Shown here piece after piece: positions 25,601 through 37,510 of a DNA stretch of 64,000 nt (positions within the stretch are counted from its first letter, which is position 1; every line of letters starts with the position of its first letter). A model generated the notes under the pieces. The model saw only the letters and a program-made list of their open reading frames with translations, was not told the DNA's origin and ran no database searches. Source of the DNA: Auanema rhodensis (lineage: Eukaryota > Animalia > Nematoda); contig OZ059899.1 in the NCBI GenBank assembly GCA_964057225.1, positions 11,222,001-11,286,000 on the forward strand, in the 5' to 3' direction. Position numbers and translations under genes: made by a program.

Positions 25601-26269
25601 CAATTTCGCACCTACATACTAGGAACAGCAACCAAAATTATCACGGATCATAGACCACTTACTAGTTTAATGACTAGAAAAGATTTAATAGGTCGTTTAG
25701 CAAAATTTCAAATTGTTTTACAAGAATACGATATTGAAATTATCTACAGACCAGTAAAATTAAATAGTGTATGTGACGCATTATCACGATATTTTGAAGA
25801 TGAAATCAACGAAGCAAAACCACTAGCAAAGAAGAAAAACGAAAGAAAAACGACGGAAGATACTATTCATAAGATAAACACCTTCACGATAGCAGATATT
25901 CGATCAGTTCAGAATCAATCAAATTGGATAAAAGAAACTATGGATAAAATAAAGAACAATACAGCTGGACGACAACTGACGGACAGATATATTGTGTACA
26001 ACGATGTACTATACTCAAAACCAAAAAGAAGCCTACAAGTACCACGAACAATTTTACCACGAGAAGAGCACATAATTAATCCAATTATGAAGAAATTTCA
26101 TGAAGATCCGACACTCGGAGCTCATCTAGGAATAAACAAAACAATGGACTCAATATCAAGACGATTTACATGGACTGGAATGCAAGAAGACATTACAAAC
26201 TACATCAACAGATGTCTTGCTTGTGCAAAAAGAAAGAACAATCCTCACGAAGCAACGGTGAACCAATGA
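22670..26269 (+). CDS. pol: Fragment: Env C-terminus/TM fused in frame to protease, RT, RNase H and integrase N-terminus
   Basis: TM helix, LWDTGA, YLDD, ESDGS, H-H-C-C. Confidence 0.9.
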   Translation: MRTMLRRQDISARFINDKLIYVMPCTPIQITKTYRDHKVNSTCFLETPVETEHHGQLFILPGTRDLTPMAHPIPCGLTIKDPWKENDQWTNNNQSINVTSPAYIDELGSINLEHIKFNGSNIFNNLTESTFPMALAISYESSLATLQATLPGRIKPVIKQRLIPNMNPVTLTAGAASSLLLSYENTKEAITWKMFDFLSPIWEKIQTWTLRVLAIIGSIIITIGIITLATWIIKIYACSSRIPINNVKWEAEYLQPLSTENTRTETSHPSPSAPYVDNHHNSCQLTLYDPSAQIPEHIYEAYFPTRMKKENINYIGGSQLPFVPISIHNHIFKALWDTGASASYMRESTFKQLPAATMVLKQTTAIVANKSKFSFMGYTRILITIGTTETEHKFYVAEDNYCPAPVLLGIDFMEALHQQGIYTSLRPLDKTIVIGTTHVPLARETSPWEHQTTKAYVVSLENKTLRPGETRTLTLEVHDPESYEQAFLDCKKPGNKLSFTPTIFTPTGYGVQIYATNICKQPLEIQMNQEIGIAEAIPKDNQEKYEGQYIPPEARWEEQLPYFPDNFINELDLSEACFSQNEQQQLKEIILLHKQAFLNEDRNIGLFLGPIEHSIPIMPGKTPSFKITYRIPLSQQEEVEKQIEEMLQQRIIEPSNSMTTSPVILVKKKDKTYRFVTDFRALNAITQKQVYVISNIQDILDLAAGARIFSHFDLVSGFFQIPLKKEDRHRHLTAFTTTSGTYQYCRMPMGLCGSPHTFQNAVRYLQSMVKCKLFVYLDDLLLISESTTAHLKDIEEVLETVTQIGFKIKLKKCAFARKEVKFLGYIVGQEGIKPDPHKIKAIQDYPQPKSTTGVRAFMGVVNYFRRFIKNAAGIATPLYNLTRKDTPFKWTEEEEIAFNTLKKTLTQAPVLQAPIPKRPYVIESDGSMIAVGAVLLQAKDDQVPLHPIASASRKLNKAERNYPPIEVEALALTFAVKQFRTYILGTATKIITDHRPLTSLMTRKDLIGRLAKFQIVLQEYDIEIIYRPVKLNSVCDALSRYFEDEINEAKPLAKKKNERKTTEDTIHKINTFTIADIRSVQNQSNWIKETMDKIKNNTAGRQLTDRYIVYNDVLYSKPKRSLQVPRTILPREEHIINPIMKKFHEDPTLGAHLGINKTMDSISRRFTWTGMQEDITNYINRCLACAKRKNNPHEATVNQ

Positions 26270-27813
26270 AAAATTTTCCAACATCAACAAAACCATGGCA
26301 AAGAGTACACATGGATATACTCGGACCATTACCTAGGACAGAACAAGAAAACAGATATGTTCTTTCAATTCAAGATTCTTTTTCAAAATGGATTATCGCA
26401 ATTCCGCTAATCAGACAAACATCAGGAGAAATTATATCAGCTATCGAAAAATATCTCTTCTATGTTTTTGGACCACCTGTTACTATCATCACAGACAATG
26501 GATCTAATTTTATTTCAAACGATTTCACTACTATGTGCAGTAATTTTGGAACTACACACCACACTACTATGCCGTATTACAAAAACGCTAACGGACAAGT
26601 GGAAAGATTGCATCGGACGATCGAAGAAGCATTAACACCCTACGTTAATGACGAACAAAACGATTGGGATAAAATACTTCCGAAGATTATTTTTACACTC
26701 AACAGATTACCAAACGCCACCACTAAAACATCACCATACGAATGTTTGTTTGGACAAGTAGCATGTCTACCCATTGACAAAAACTTGGAAACACCGGAAG
26801 AACAAAATATCACGGATCAGCTCAAAAACTTAAGAGATATTCAAGAAAAAGTCAAGGAAAAGATTGCCACCAACGAAGAAAGAATGAAGCAGAAATACGA
26901 TCAAGCACATAGGACAAAAGAAAGAATATTAGATATAGGAGATCGAGTATTTGTACAAAGAGCGAACCCAAGCAACAAATTACAAATACGAAGAGATGGA
27001 CCTTACCGGATAGTGACAATTGAAGGAAACAACATCAGCATAACGGACCAAGATGGAAATATTATAAAAGCTCACAAAAATAACATACGTTATTTTCCAC
27101 CAGACGATAATCTTATATCAACAAGAAATAATGAAGAAGAGGAAGAAGAGGACCAAGACATAGCAAACGAAGAAGAAGAAGAAGAAGAAGAAACAAGTTG
27201 GAATAATCTGGATGAATGGGAACAAACCAATAATACGGAAAATAACAACAACTGTTACCCAACAGGCAGTCCAGATACTCTCGCGCAACTGTTACCTATC
27301 ACAGGGAATAACAGAGGAGTAAACGAAGAAGAAATTGAACATAATTCAGAAACACCTGACGACCTTGCTACAGCAAGAAGAATAACAAATTCTAATATAC
27401 AATTAGAAAATGAATCAACAACAATCGACAGAATTCAAGAGGACCTCAGACAGCTGACACCTTTCTCTCAAGAAGAAGGTCCTAATCAAAACGATATAGA
27501 AGATAATAACGCAAAAACATACGAAAAGCTACGAGATCAATTCAAGAATGAAAACAGAAAGGAGCTATTTGAGGACAGAAACAAAAACTCACCAGCAATC
27601 AAAAATTGGAACACTACACTTGCCGCAGCACTAGGAATAGGAAATGAAAACTCACGCCCGTATCATGTTAAACTAAAACCCAAAAGAAAAACACAAGACG
27701 AAGAAATCAGAAGTAATGGAGAATTGGAACTACATGGAAAAGCGGATCAAAGCAAAAAGCAGCAGAATAAATCTCCAACGCAAAACAAAGGAGAACAAGT
27801 ACGAAACTTTTAA
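26170..27813 (+). CDS. Fragment: integrase core, GPY/F motif and long acidic tail
   Basis: VHMDILGP, ITDNGSNF, NGQVER, DGPY. Confidence 0.9.
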   Translation: MDWNARRHYKLHQQMSCLCKKKEQSSRSNGEPMKNFPTSTKPWQRVHMDILGPLPRTEQENRYVLSIQDSFSKWIIAIPLIRQTSGEIISAIEKYLFYVFGPPVTIITDNGSNFISNDFTTMCSNFGTTHHTTMPYYKNANGQVERLHRTIEEALTPYVNDEQNDWDKILPKIIFTLNRLPNATTKTSPYECLFGQVACLPIDKNLETPEEQNITDQLKNLRDIQEKVKEKIATNEERMKQKYDQAHRTKERILDIGDRVFVQRANPSNKLQIRRDGPYRIVTIEGNNISITDQDGNIIKAHKNNIRYFPPDDNLISTRNNEEEEEEDQDIANEEEEEEEETSWNNLDEWEQTNNTENNNNCYPTGSPDTLAQLLPITGNNRGVNEEEIEHNSETPDDLATARRITNSNIQLENESTTIDRIQEDLRQLTPFSQEEGPNQNDIEDNNAKTYEKLRDQFKNENRKELFEDRNKNSPAIKNWNTTLAAALGIGNENSRPYHVKLKPKRKTQDEEIRSNGELELHGKADQSKKQQNKSPTQNKGEQVRNF

Positions 27814-28016
27814 TTAACTAACAAAAATCGTAGAATTGTAAAAATAATTTTTCTTTCTTTCGTATAGTACATTAAACATAAGACATAGATCAAAAACCAC
27901 CGAAATTCTAATTTCTATCCTTTAATTTTAACAAATTGTAACAATCACTGAAAAACAAACTATATAAAGAGAAAATTTTGATAGAGAAAAATTCAATAAC
28001 ACTTTTCTTACTCAAA

Positions 28017-28661
28017 ATGACCTCCTCTCTCGCCAACGTCACACTCTCTACATTCCCCGCAACTCCAACACCACTGGTCCCTCTAGCGACCACTATTGAA
28101 CAAGAATGGATAGAGGTACAAAACCTTCGTGAAGGTCTTCTATCTATCAACTGCATGAAGCCCAACTTAGGACCAATAATAAGCCTACAAACGAGCAAAT
28201 TGGAAAAGAAGACACAGCACATCCTATTTATGATGGAACTATTGGAGGAGAAAACCAAAAACTATAAGGAAAACGATCTGAAGGAGCTTCGCCAGCATCA
28301 AAAGAAATGGACAGAAGGATGTTCTCTCAGCCAGAAAGAGAACAGAATCCGACACATAATGCTGGGACAACCCGCCAGAACGCAGACCACAGCTGACATC
28401 TACAAAGCAATGCCGACGTGGACAACACAGATGACACAACAAGCTGTAAGAAATAGCGGAACCGAAGAAGAAGCATCGTGGATAGAGATAGGGCAAGACC
28501 TATCAGTAGTAATCGAAAAACTACTTACAAAAAGGACTACCAACACGTCCGCATCAAAAAGTAAGGCAAAAGCAGTTAGCCAAACCATCAGAACAATGGA
28601 GCTGCTTGGACTAGCATCAATGACGGAAATGATCCAGGAAATTGACCAACTGGAGAATTAA
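28017..28661 (+). CDS. Extra ORF 3' of pol in family A (214 aa from ATG; unknown function, predicted helical)
   Basis: Uninterrupted ORF with AAAA-ATG context, flanked by AT-rich noncoding DNA. Confidence 0.7.
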   Translation: MTSSLANVTLSTFPATPTPLVPLATTIEQEWIEVQNLREGLLSINCMKPNLGPIISLQTSKLEKKTQHILFMMELLEEKTKNYKENDLKELRQHQKKWTEGCSLSQKENRIRHIMLGQPARTQTTADIYKAMPTWTTQMTQQAVRNSGTEEEASWIEIGQDLSVVIEKLLTKRTTNTSASKSKAKAVSQTIRTMELLGLASMTEMIQEIDQLEN

Positions 28662-28856
28662 AGAAGAGAGGAAAGGTTTAAATCATTTATAAAATTCTAT
28701 CTCTTAAAAAAATTTTTCTCTTTATCAATAGTTTGTTGAAAAAAAAAATTTGCTTTATCTCATGCCATTTTAATTTTTTTAATTTTTTAATTTTTCTCTC
28801 TTAATTATTATTTGCATATAACAGCTGAGGTCAGCTGACTTGTATCCGTTGGAGCA

Positions 28857-29273
28857 TGTTACATGCATATCTCAAAGGAAAGCAGCTGACCATGGCAGCT
28901 GCTATTATTAAACTAATGCAGATAGTTTTTAAGCAATTCTGAGAATATTCTAGATGCACTTTTTATAAGCTTTGTAACAATTTGTGTAAACTGAGTAGGA
29001 GTTGTATGGATATATAAACCTGAGTCCTCAAGACTCAGGCATCTCATTATCTCATTATCTTACTTTCTCTTTATCTTCTTTATATTCTCTTTCTTAACTC
29101 TAGCTTTAATCTTTGTATAATTATATTATAATGCGAACAATAAACCTTTATATATTTCATCTTTTGTTTCTTATTTCACCTTACATTACACACATATATT
29201 TAAAATCATACTCATCGTCTCATAGTCTGTTTGGATATCTCAACTTGGAACCATTGGGAATCCAAATGGAACG
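28857..29273 (+). repeat. 3' LTR, family A
   Basis: Direct repeat of 18603-19019. Confidence 0.95.
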
Positions 29274-29315
29274 GAACTTACTTTTGAACAATTAAACAGA
29301 AATTTAAAAAATATT

Positions 29316-29389
29316 TGCCGCCAGCAGGGGTCGAACCTGCGACCTTGGGCTTATTAGACCCACGCTCTAACCGACTGAGCTATGGCGGC
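29316..29389 (-). tRNA. tRNA-Ile(AAT)
   Basis: Consensus copy. Confidence 0.95.
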
Positions 29390-29980
29390 TACGAAAGTAC
29401 GAAATAACAAAGCGCTGATTATAGGAAACGTGAGTGAATGCAGATATTCTCAATTCCGATTCATTAACTAGATCGTGGTCAGCATTTTACAACATTGATA
29501 AAATAGAAACTGAGAAAAAACATCAACAAATGACACTATTAACTTGGTTTTTTGAACAGCTTTTTTATATTTCTTTTTTCACTATGAGAGAACTTATATT
29601 TATTGCTTTTTCAAAATTTTCCATTTTTAACATTATACATCTTGACTATCACACATTGAGAACAACAGTTGGCAATGTTGGTTGTCACGTCATATTTCAT
29701 GCAGTTAGATTTTCAGACACATTAATACCTTTGACCATTCTTCTTATGAGTTTTGTAACGATAGATCGTAATAGGAAATGAATTGCTATAATATGAAAAA
29801 ATACAAGACATAGTCAACATTGATTTCCCCAAATAGTATCATGTTTGCTTGTTATTCAATTAGAACACTTATTTTTTGATTGTTTTCTTCAAATATTCTT
29901 TTTTTTTTTTAACAAAGTTATGACTGAGATCAAAATTTGAACTTACTTTTGAACAATTAAACAGAAATTTAAAAAATATT

Positions 29981-30054
29981 TGCCGCCAGCAGGGGTCGAA
30001 CCTGCGACCTTGGGCTTATTAGACCCACGCTCTAACCGACTGAGCTATGGCGGC
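29981..30054 (-). tRNA. tRNA-Ile(AAT)
   Basis: Consensus copy. Confidence 0.95.
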
Positions 30055-30646
30055 TAGGAAAGTACGAAATAACAAAGCGTTGATTATAGGAAACGTGAAT
30101 GAATGCAGATATTCTCAATTCCGATTCATTAACTAGATCGTGGTCAGCATTTTACAACATTGATAAAATAGAAACTGAGAAAAAACATCAACAAATGACA
30201 CTATTAACTTGGTTTTTTGAACAGCTTTTTTATATTTCTTTTTTCACTATGAGAGAACTTATATTTATTGCTTTTTCAAAAATTTCCATTTTTAACATTA
30301 TACATCTTGACTATCACACATTGAGAACAACAGTTGGCAATGTTGGTTGTCACGTCATATTTCATGCAGTTAGATTTTCAGACACATTAATACCTTTGAC
30401 CATTCTTCTTATGAGTTTTGTAACGATAGATCGTAATAGGAAATGAATTGCTATAATATGAAAAAATACAAGACATAGTCAACATTGATTTCCCCAAATA
30501 GTATCATGTTTGCTTGTTATTCAATTAGAACACTTATTTTTTGATTGTTTTCTTGAAATATTCTTTTTTTTTCTTTAACAAAGTTATGACTGAGATCAAA
30601 ATTTGAACTTACTTTTGAACAATTAAACAGAAATTTAAAAAATATT

Positions 30647-30720
30647 TGCCGCCAGCAGGGGTCGAACCTGCGACCTTGGGCTTATTAGACCCACGCTCTA
30701 ACCGACTGAGCTATGGCGGC
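30647..30720 (-). tRNA. tRNA-Ile(AAT)
   Basis: Consensus copy. Confidence 0.95.
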
Positions 30721-31313
30721 TACGAAAGTACGAATTAACAAAGCGCTGATTATAGGAAACGTGAATGAATGCAGATATTCTCAATTCCGATTCATTAACT
30801 AGATCGTGGTCAGCATTTTACAACATTGATAAAATAGAAACTGAGAAAAAAACATCAACAAATGACACTATTAACTTGGTTTTTTGAACAGCTTTTTTAT
30901 ATTTCTTTTTTCACTATGAGAGAACTTATATTTATTGCTTTTTCAAAATTTTCCATTTTTAACATTATACATCTTGACTATCACACATTGAGAACAACAG
31001 TTGGCAATGTTGGTTGTCACGTCATATTTCATGCAGTTAGATTTTCAGACACATTAATACCTTTGACCATTCTTCTTATGAGTTTTGTAACGATAGATCG
31101 TAATAGGAAATGAATTGCTATAATATGAAAAAATACAAGACATAGTCAACATTGATTTCCCCAAATAGTATCATGTTTGCTTGTTATTCAATTAGAACAC
31201 TTATTTTTTGATTGTTTTCTTGAAATATTCTTTTTTTTTCTTTAACAAAGTTATGACTGAGATCAAAATTTGAACTTACTTTTGAACAATTAAACAGAAA
31301 TTTAAAAAATATT

Positions 31314-31387
31314 TGCCGCCAGCAGGGGTCGAACCTGCGACCTTGGGCTTATTAGACCCACGCTCTAACCGACTGAGCTATGGCGGC
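31314..31387 (-). tRNA. tRNA-Ile(AAT)
   Basis: Consensus copy. Confidence 0.95.
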
Positions 31388-31979
31388 TACGAAAGTACGA
31401 AATAACAAAGCGCTGATTATAGGAAACGTGAATGAATGCAGATATTCTCAATTCCGATTCATTAACTAGATCGTGGTCAGCATTTTACAACATTGATAAA
31501 ATAGAAACTGAGAAAAAAACATCAACATATGACACTATTAACTTGGTTTTTTTAACAGCTTTTTTATATTTCTTTTTTCACTATGAGAGAACTTATATTT
31601 ATTGCTTTTTCAAAATTTTCCGTTTCTAACATTATACATCTTGACTATCACACATTGAGAACAACAGTTGGCAATGTTGGTTGTCACGTCATATTTCATG
31701 CAGTTAGATTTTCAGACACATTAATACCTTTGACCATTCTTCTTATGAGTTTTGTAACGATAGATCGTAATAGGAAATGAATTGCTATAATATGAAAAAA
31801 TACAAGACATAGTCAACATTGATTTCCCCAAATAGTATCATGTTTGCTTGTTATTCAATTAGAACACTTATTTTTTGATTGTTTTCTTGAAATATTCTTT
31901 TTTTTCTTTAACAAAGTTATGACTGAGATCAAAATTTGAACTTACTTTTGAACAATTAAACAGAAATTTAAAAAATATT

Positions 31980-32053
31980 TGCCGCCAGCAGGGGTCGAAC
32001 CTGCGACCTTGGGCTTATTAGACCCACGCTCTAACCGACTGAGCTATGGCGGC
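31980..32053 (-). tRNA. tRNA-Ile(AAT)
   Basis: Consensus copy. Confidence 0.95.
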
Positions 32054-32646
32054 TACGAAAGTACGAATTAACAAAGCGCTGATTATAGGAAACGTGAATG
32101 AATGCAGATATTCTCAATTCCGATTCATTAACTAGATCGTGGTCAGCATTTTACAACATTGATAAAATAGAAACTGAGAAAAAAACATCAACAAATGACA
32201 CTATTAACTTGGTTTTTTGAACAGCTTTTTTATATTTCTTTTTTCACTATGAGAGAACTTATATTTATTGCTTTTTCAAAATTTTCCATTTTTAACATTA
32301 TACATCTTGACTATCACACATTGAGAACAACAGTTGGCAATGTTGGTTGTCACGTCATATTTCATGCAGTTAGATTTTCAGACACATTAATACCTTTGAC
32401 CATTCTTCTTATGAGTTTTGTAACGATAGATCGTAATAGGAAATGAATTGCTATAATATGAAAAAATACAAGACATAGTCAACATTGATTTCCCCAAATA
32501 GTATCATGTTTGCTTGTTATTCAATTAGAACACTTATTTTTTGATTGTTTTCTTGAAATATTCTTTTTTTTTCTTTAACAAAGTTATGACTGAGATCAAA
32601 ATTTGAACTTACTTTTGAACAATTAAACAGAAATTTAAAAAATATT

Positions 32647-32720
32647 TGCCGCCAGCAGGGGTCGAACCTGCGACCTTGGGCTTATTAGACCCACGCTCTA
32701 ACCGACTGAGCTATGGCGGC
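32647..32720 (-). tRNA. tRNA-Ile(AAT)
   Basis: Consensus copy. Confidence 0.95.
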
Positions 32721-33313
32721 TACGAAAGTACGAATTAACAAAGCGCTGATTATAGGAAACGTGAATGAATGCAGATATTCTCAATTCCGATTCATTAACT
32801 AGATCGTGGTCAGCATTTTACAACATTGATAAAATAGAAACTGAGAAAAAAACATCAACAAATGACACTATTAACTTGGTTTTTTGAACAGCTTTTTTAT
32901 ATTTCTTTTTTCACTATGAGAGAACTTATATTTATTGCTTTTTCAAAATTTTCCATTTTTAACATTATACATCTTGACTATCACACATTGAGAACAACAG
33001 TTGGCAATGTTGGTTGTCACGTCATATTTCATGCAGTTAGATTTTCAGACACATTAATACCTTTGACCATTCTTCTTATGAGTTTTGTAACGATAGATCG
33101 TAATAGGAAATGAATTGCTATAATATGAAAAAATACAAGACATAGTCAACATTGATTTCCCCAAATAGTATCATGTTTGCTTGTTATTCAATTAGAACAC
33201 TTATTTTTTGATTGTTTTCTTGAAATATTCTTTTTTTTTCTTTAACAAAGTTATGACTGAGATCAAAATTTGAACTTACTTTTGAACAATTAAACAGAAA
33301 TTTAAAAAATATT

Positions 33314-33387
33314 TGCCGCCAGCAGGGGTCGAACCTGCGACCTTGGGCTTATTAGACCCACGCTCTAACCGACTGAGCTATGGCGGC
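33314..33387 (-). tRNA. tRNA-Ile(AAT)
   Basis: Consensus copy. Confidence 0.95.
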
Positions 33388-33979
33388 TACGAAAGTACGA
33401 AATAACAAAGCGCTGATTATAGGAAACGTGAATGAATGCAGATATTCTCAATTCCGATTCATTAACTAGATCGTGGTCAGCATTTTACAACATTGATAAA
33501 ATAGAAACTGAGAAAAAAACATCAACATATGACACTATTAACTTGGTTTTTTTAACAGCTTTTTTATATTTCTTTTTTCACTATGAGAGAACTTATATTT
33601 ATTGCTTTTTCAAAATTTTCCGTTTCTAACATTATACATCTTGACTATCACACATTGAGAACAACAGTTGGCAATGTTGGTTGTCACGTCATATTTCATG
33701 CAGTTAGATTTTCAGACACATTAATACCTTTGACCATTCTTCTTATGAGTTTTGTAACGATAGATCGTAATAGGAAATGAATTGCTATAATATGAAAAAA
33801 TACAAGACATAGTCAACATTGATTTCCCCAAATAGTATCATGTTTGCTTGTTATTCAATTAGAACACTTATTTTTTGATTGTTTTCTTCAAATATTCTTT
33901 TTTTTTTTTAACAAAGTTATGACTGAGATCAAAATTTGAACTTACTTTTGAACAGTTAAACAGAAATTTAAAAAATATT

Positions 33980-34053
33980 TGCCGCCAGCAGGGGTCGAAC
34001 CTGCGACCTTGGGCTTATTAGACCCACGCTCTAACCGACTGAGCTATGGCGGC
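33980..34053 (-). tRNA. tRNA-Ile(AAT)
   Basis: Consensus copy. Confidence 0.95.
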
Positions 34054-34645
34054 TACGAAAGTACGAAATAACAAAGCGCTGATTATAGGAAACGTGAATG
34101 AATGCAGATATTCTCAATTCCGATTCATTAACTAGATCGTGGTCAGCATTTTACAACATTGATAAAATAGAAACTGAGAAAAAAACATCAACAAATGACA
34201 CTATTAACTTGGTTTCTTGAACAGCTTTTTTATATTTCTTTTTTCACTATGAGAGAACTTATATTTATTGCTTTTTCAAAATTTTCCATTTTTAACATTA
34301 TACATCTTGACTATCACACATTGAGAACAACAGTTGGCAATGTTGGTTGTCACGTCATATTTCATGCAGTTAGATTTTCAGACACATTAATACCTTTGAC
34401 CATTCTTCTTATGAGTTTTGTAACGATAGATCGTAATAGGAAATGAATTGCTATAATATGAAAAAATACAAGACATAGTCAACATTGATTTCCCCAAATA
34501 GTATCATGTTTGCTTGTTATTCAATTAGAACACTTATTTTTTGATTGTTTTCTTGAAATATTCTTTTTTTTTTCTAACAAAGTTATGACTGAGATCAAAA
34601 TTTGAACTTACTTTTGAACAGTTAAACAGAAATTTAAAAAATATT

Positions 34646-34719
34646 TGCCGCCAACAGGGGTCGAACCTGCGACCTTGGGCTTATTAGACCCACGCTCTAA
34701 CCGACTGAGCTATGGCGGC
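34646..34719 (-). tRNA. tRNA-Ile(AAT), T-stem G:U variant
   Basis: One substitution. Confidence 0.92.
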
Positions 34720-35312
34720 TACGAAAGTACGAAATAACAAAGCGCTGATTATAGGAAACGTGAATGAATGCAGATATTCTCAATTCCGATTCATTAACTA
34801 GATCGTGGTCAGCATTTTACAACATTGATAAAATAGAAACTGAGAAAAAAACATCAACAAATGACACTATTAACTTGGTTTCTTGAACAGCTTTTTTATA
34901 TTTCTTTTTTCACTATGAGAGAACTTATATTTATTGCTTTTTCAAAATTTTCCATTTTTAACATTATACATCTTGACTATCACACATTGAGAACAACAGT
35001 TGGCAATGTTGGTTGTCACGTCATATTTCATGCAGTTAGATTTTCAGACACATTAATACCTTTGACCATTCTTCTTATGAGTTTTGTAACGATAGATCGT
35101 AATAGGAAATGAATTGCTATAATATGAAAAAATACAAGACATAGTCAACATTGATTTCCCCAAATAGTATCATGTTTGCTTGTTATTCAATTAGAACACT
35201 TATTTTTTGATTGTTTTCTTGAAATATTCTTTTTTTTTCTTTAACAAAGTTATGACTGAGATCAAAATTTGAACTTACTTTTGAACAATTAAACAGAAAT
35301 TTAAAAAATATT

Positions 35313-35386
35313 TGCCGCCAGCAGGGGTCGAACCTGCGACCTTGGGCTTATTAGACCCACGCTCTAACCGACTGAGCTATGGCGGC
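35313..35386 (-). tRNA. tRNA-Ile(AAT)
   Basis: Consensus copy. Confidence 0.95.
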
Positions 35387-35980
35387 TACGAAAGTACGAA
35401 TTAACAAAGCGCTGATTATAGGAAACGTGAATGAATGCAGATATTCTCAATTCCGATTCATTAACTAGATCGTGGTCAGCATTTTACAACATTGATAAAA
35501 TAGAAACTGAGAAAAAAACATCAACAAATGACACTATTAACTTGGTTTTTTGAACAGCTTTTTTATATTTCTTTTTTCACTATGAGAGAACTTATATTTA
35601 TTGCTTTTTCAAAATTTTCCGTTTCTAACATTATACATCTTGACTATCACACATTGAGAACAACAGTTGGCAATGTTGGTTGTCACGTCATATTTCATGC
35701 AGTTAGATTTTCAGACACATTAATACCTTTGACCATTCTTCTTATGAGTTTTGTAACGATAGATCGTAATAGGAAATGAATTGCTATAATATGAAAAAAT
35801 ACAAGACATAGTCAACATTGATTTCCCCAAATAGTATCATGTTTGCTTGTTATTCAATTAGAACACTTATTTTTTGATTGTTTTCTTGAAATATTCTTTT
35901 TTTTTTCTTTAACAAAGTTATGACTGAGATCAAAATTTGAACTTACTTTTGAACAATTAAACAGAAATTTAAAAAATATT

Positions 35981-36054
35981 TGCCGCCAGCAGGGGTCGAA
36001 CCTGCGACCTTGGGCTTATTAGACCCACGCTCTAACCGACTGAGCTATGGCGGC
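35981..36054 (-). tRNA. tRNA-Ile(AAT)
   Basis: Consensus copy. Confidence 0.95.
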
Positions 36055-36646
36055 TACGAAAGTACGAATTAACAAAGCGCTGATTATAGGAAACGTGAAT
36101 GAATGCAGATATTCTCAATTCCGATTCATTAACTAGATCGTGGTCAGCATTTTACAACATTGATAAAATAGAAACTGAGAAAAAAACATCAACAAATGAC
36201 ACTATTAACTTGGTTTTTTGAACAGCTTTTTTATATTTCTTTTTTCACTATGAGAGAACTTATATTTATTGCTTTTTCAAAATTTTCCGTTTCTAACATT
36301 ATACATCTTGACTATCACACATTGAGAACAACAGTTGGCAATGTTGGTTGTCACGTCATATTTCATGCAGTTAGATTTTCAGACACATTAATACCTTTGA
36401 CCATTCTTCTTATGAGTTTTGTAACGATAGATCGTAATAGGAAATGAATTGCTATAATATGAAAAAATACAAGACATAGTCAACATTGATTTCCCCAAAT
36501 AGTATCATGTTTGCTTGTTATTCAATTAGAACACTTATTTTTTGATTGTTTTCTTCAAATATTCTTTTTTTTTTTTAACAAAGTTATGACTGAGATCAAA
36601 ATTTGAACTTACTTTTGAACAGTTAAACAGAAATTTAAAAAATATT

Positions 36647-36720
36647 TGCCGCCAGCAGGGGTCGAACCTGCGACCTTGGGCTTATTAGACCCACGCTCTA
36701 ACCGACTGAACTATGGCGGC
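36647..36720 (-). tRNA. tRNA-Ile(AAT), D-stem G:U variant
   Basis: One substitution. Confidence 0.92.
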
Positions 36721-36913
36721 TACGAAAGTACGAAATAACAAAGCGCTGATTATAGGAAACGTGAATGAATGCAGATATTCTCAATTCCGATTCATTAACT
36801 AGATCGTGGTCAGCATTTTACAACATTGATAAAATAGAAACTGAGAAAAAAACATCAACAAATGACACTATTAACTTGGTTTCTTGAACAGCTTTTTTAT
36901 ATTTCTTTTTTCA

Positions 36914-37161
36914 CTATGAGAGAACTTATATTTATTGCTTTTTCAAAATTTTCCATTTTTAACATTATACATCTTGACTATCACACATTGAGAACAACAG
37001 TTGGCAATGTTGGTTGTCACGTCATATTTCATGCAGTCTATGAGAGAACTTATATTTATTGCTTTTTCAAAATTTTCCATTTTTAACATTATACATCTTG
37101 ACTATCACACATTGAGAACAACAGTTGGCAATGTTGGTTGTCACGTCATATTTCATGCAGT
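36914..37161 (+). repeat. 124-bp tandem duplication inside one spacer
   Basis: 36914-37037 repeated at 37038-37161; this unit is 790 bp. Confidence 0.92.
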
Positions 37162-37436
37162 TAGATTTTCAGACACATTAATACCTTTGACCATTCTTCT
37201 TATGAGTTTTGTAACGATAGATCGTAATAGGAAATGAATTGCTATAATATGAAAAAATACAAGACATAGTCAACATTGATTTCCCCAAATAGTATCATGT
37301 TTGCTTGTTATTCAATTAGAACACTTATTTTTTGATTGTTTTCTTGAAATATTCTTTTTTTTTTCTAACAAAGTTATGACTGAGATCAAAATTTGAACTT
37401 ACTTTTGAACAGTTAAACAGAAATTTAAAAAATATT

Positions 37437-37510
37437 TGCCGCCAACAGGGGTCGAACCTGCGACCTTGGGCTTATTAGACCCACGCTCTAACCGACTGAG
37501 CTATGGCGGC
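37437..37510 (-). tRNA. tRNA-Ile(AAT), T-stem G:U variant
   Basis: One substitution. Confidence 0.92.

Larger units (their letters stand above)
19235..27813 (+). pseudogene. Disrupted Gag-Env-Pol polyprotein, family A (breaks near 19480-19530, ~20730, TAG at 22634, frameshift ~26260)
   Basis: Fragments are colinear and homologous with the intact 2901-aa ORF: capsid (PRYDG, TFTWGL), signal peptide + YQLC, gB-like motif, TM, LWDTGA, YLDD, ESDGS, HHCC, DDE, GPY. Confidence 0.92.
18603..29273 (+). mobile_element. Ty3/Gypsy LTR retrotransposon family A, full length but decayed (gag-env-pol plus extra 3' ORF)
   Basis: 417-bp LTRs with 3 differences, tRNA-Gln PBS, 4-bp TSD AAAC/GAAC (1 mismatch), PR-RT-RH-IN order. 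Confidence 0.96.

Noticed and set aside
19480-26270. Programmed frameshifts in family A
   Set aside because: Breaks fall inside capsid, Env and integrase domains that are continuous in family B, so they are mutations or sequencing errors.
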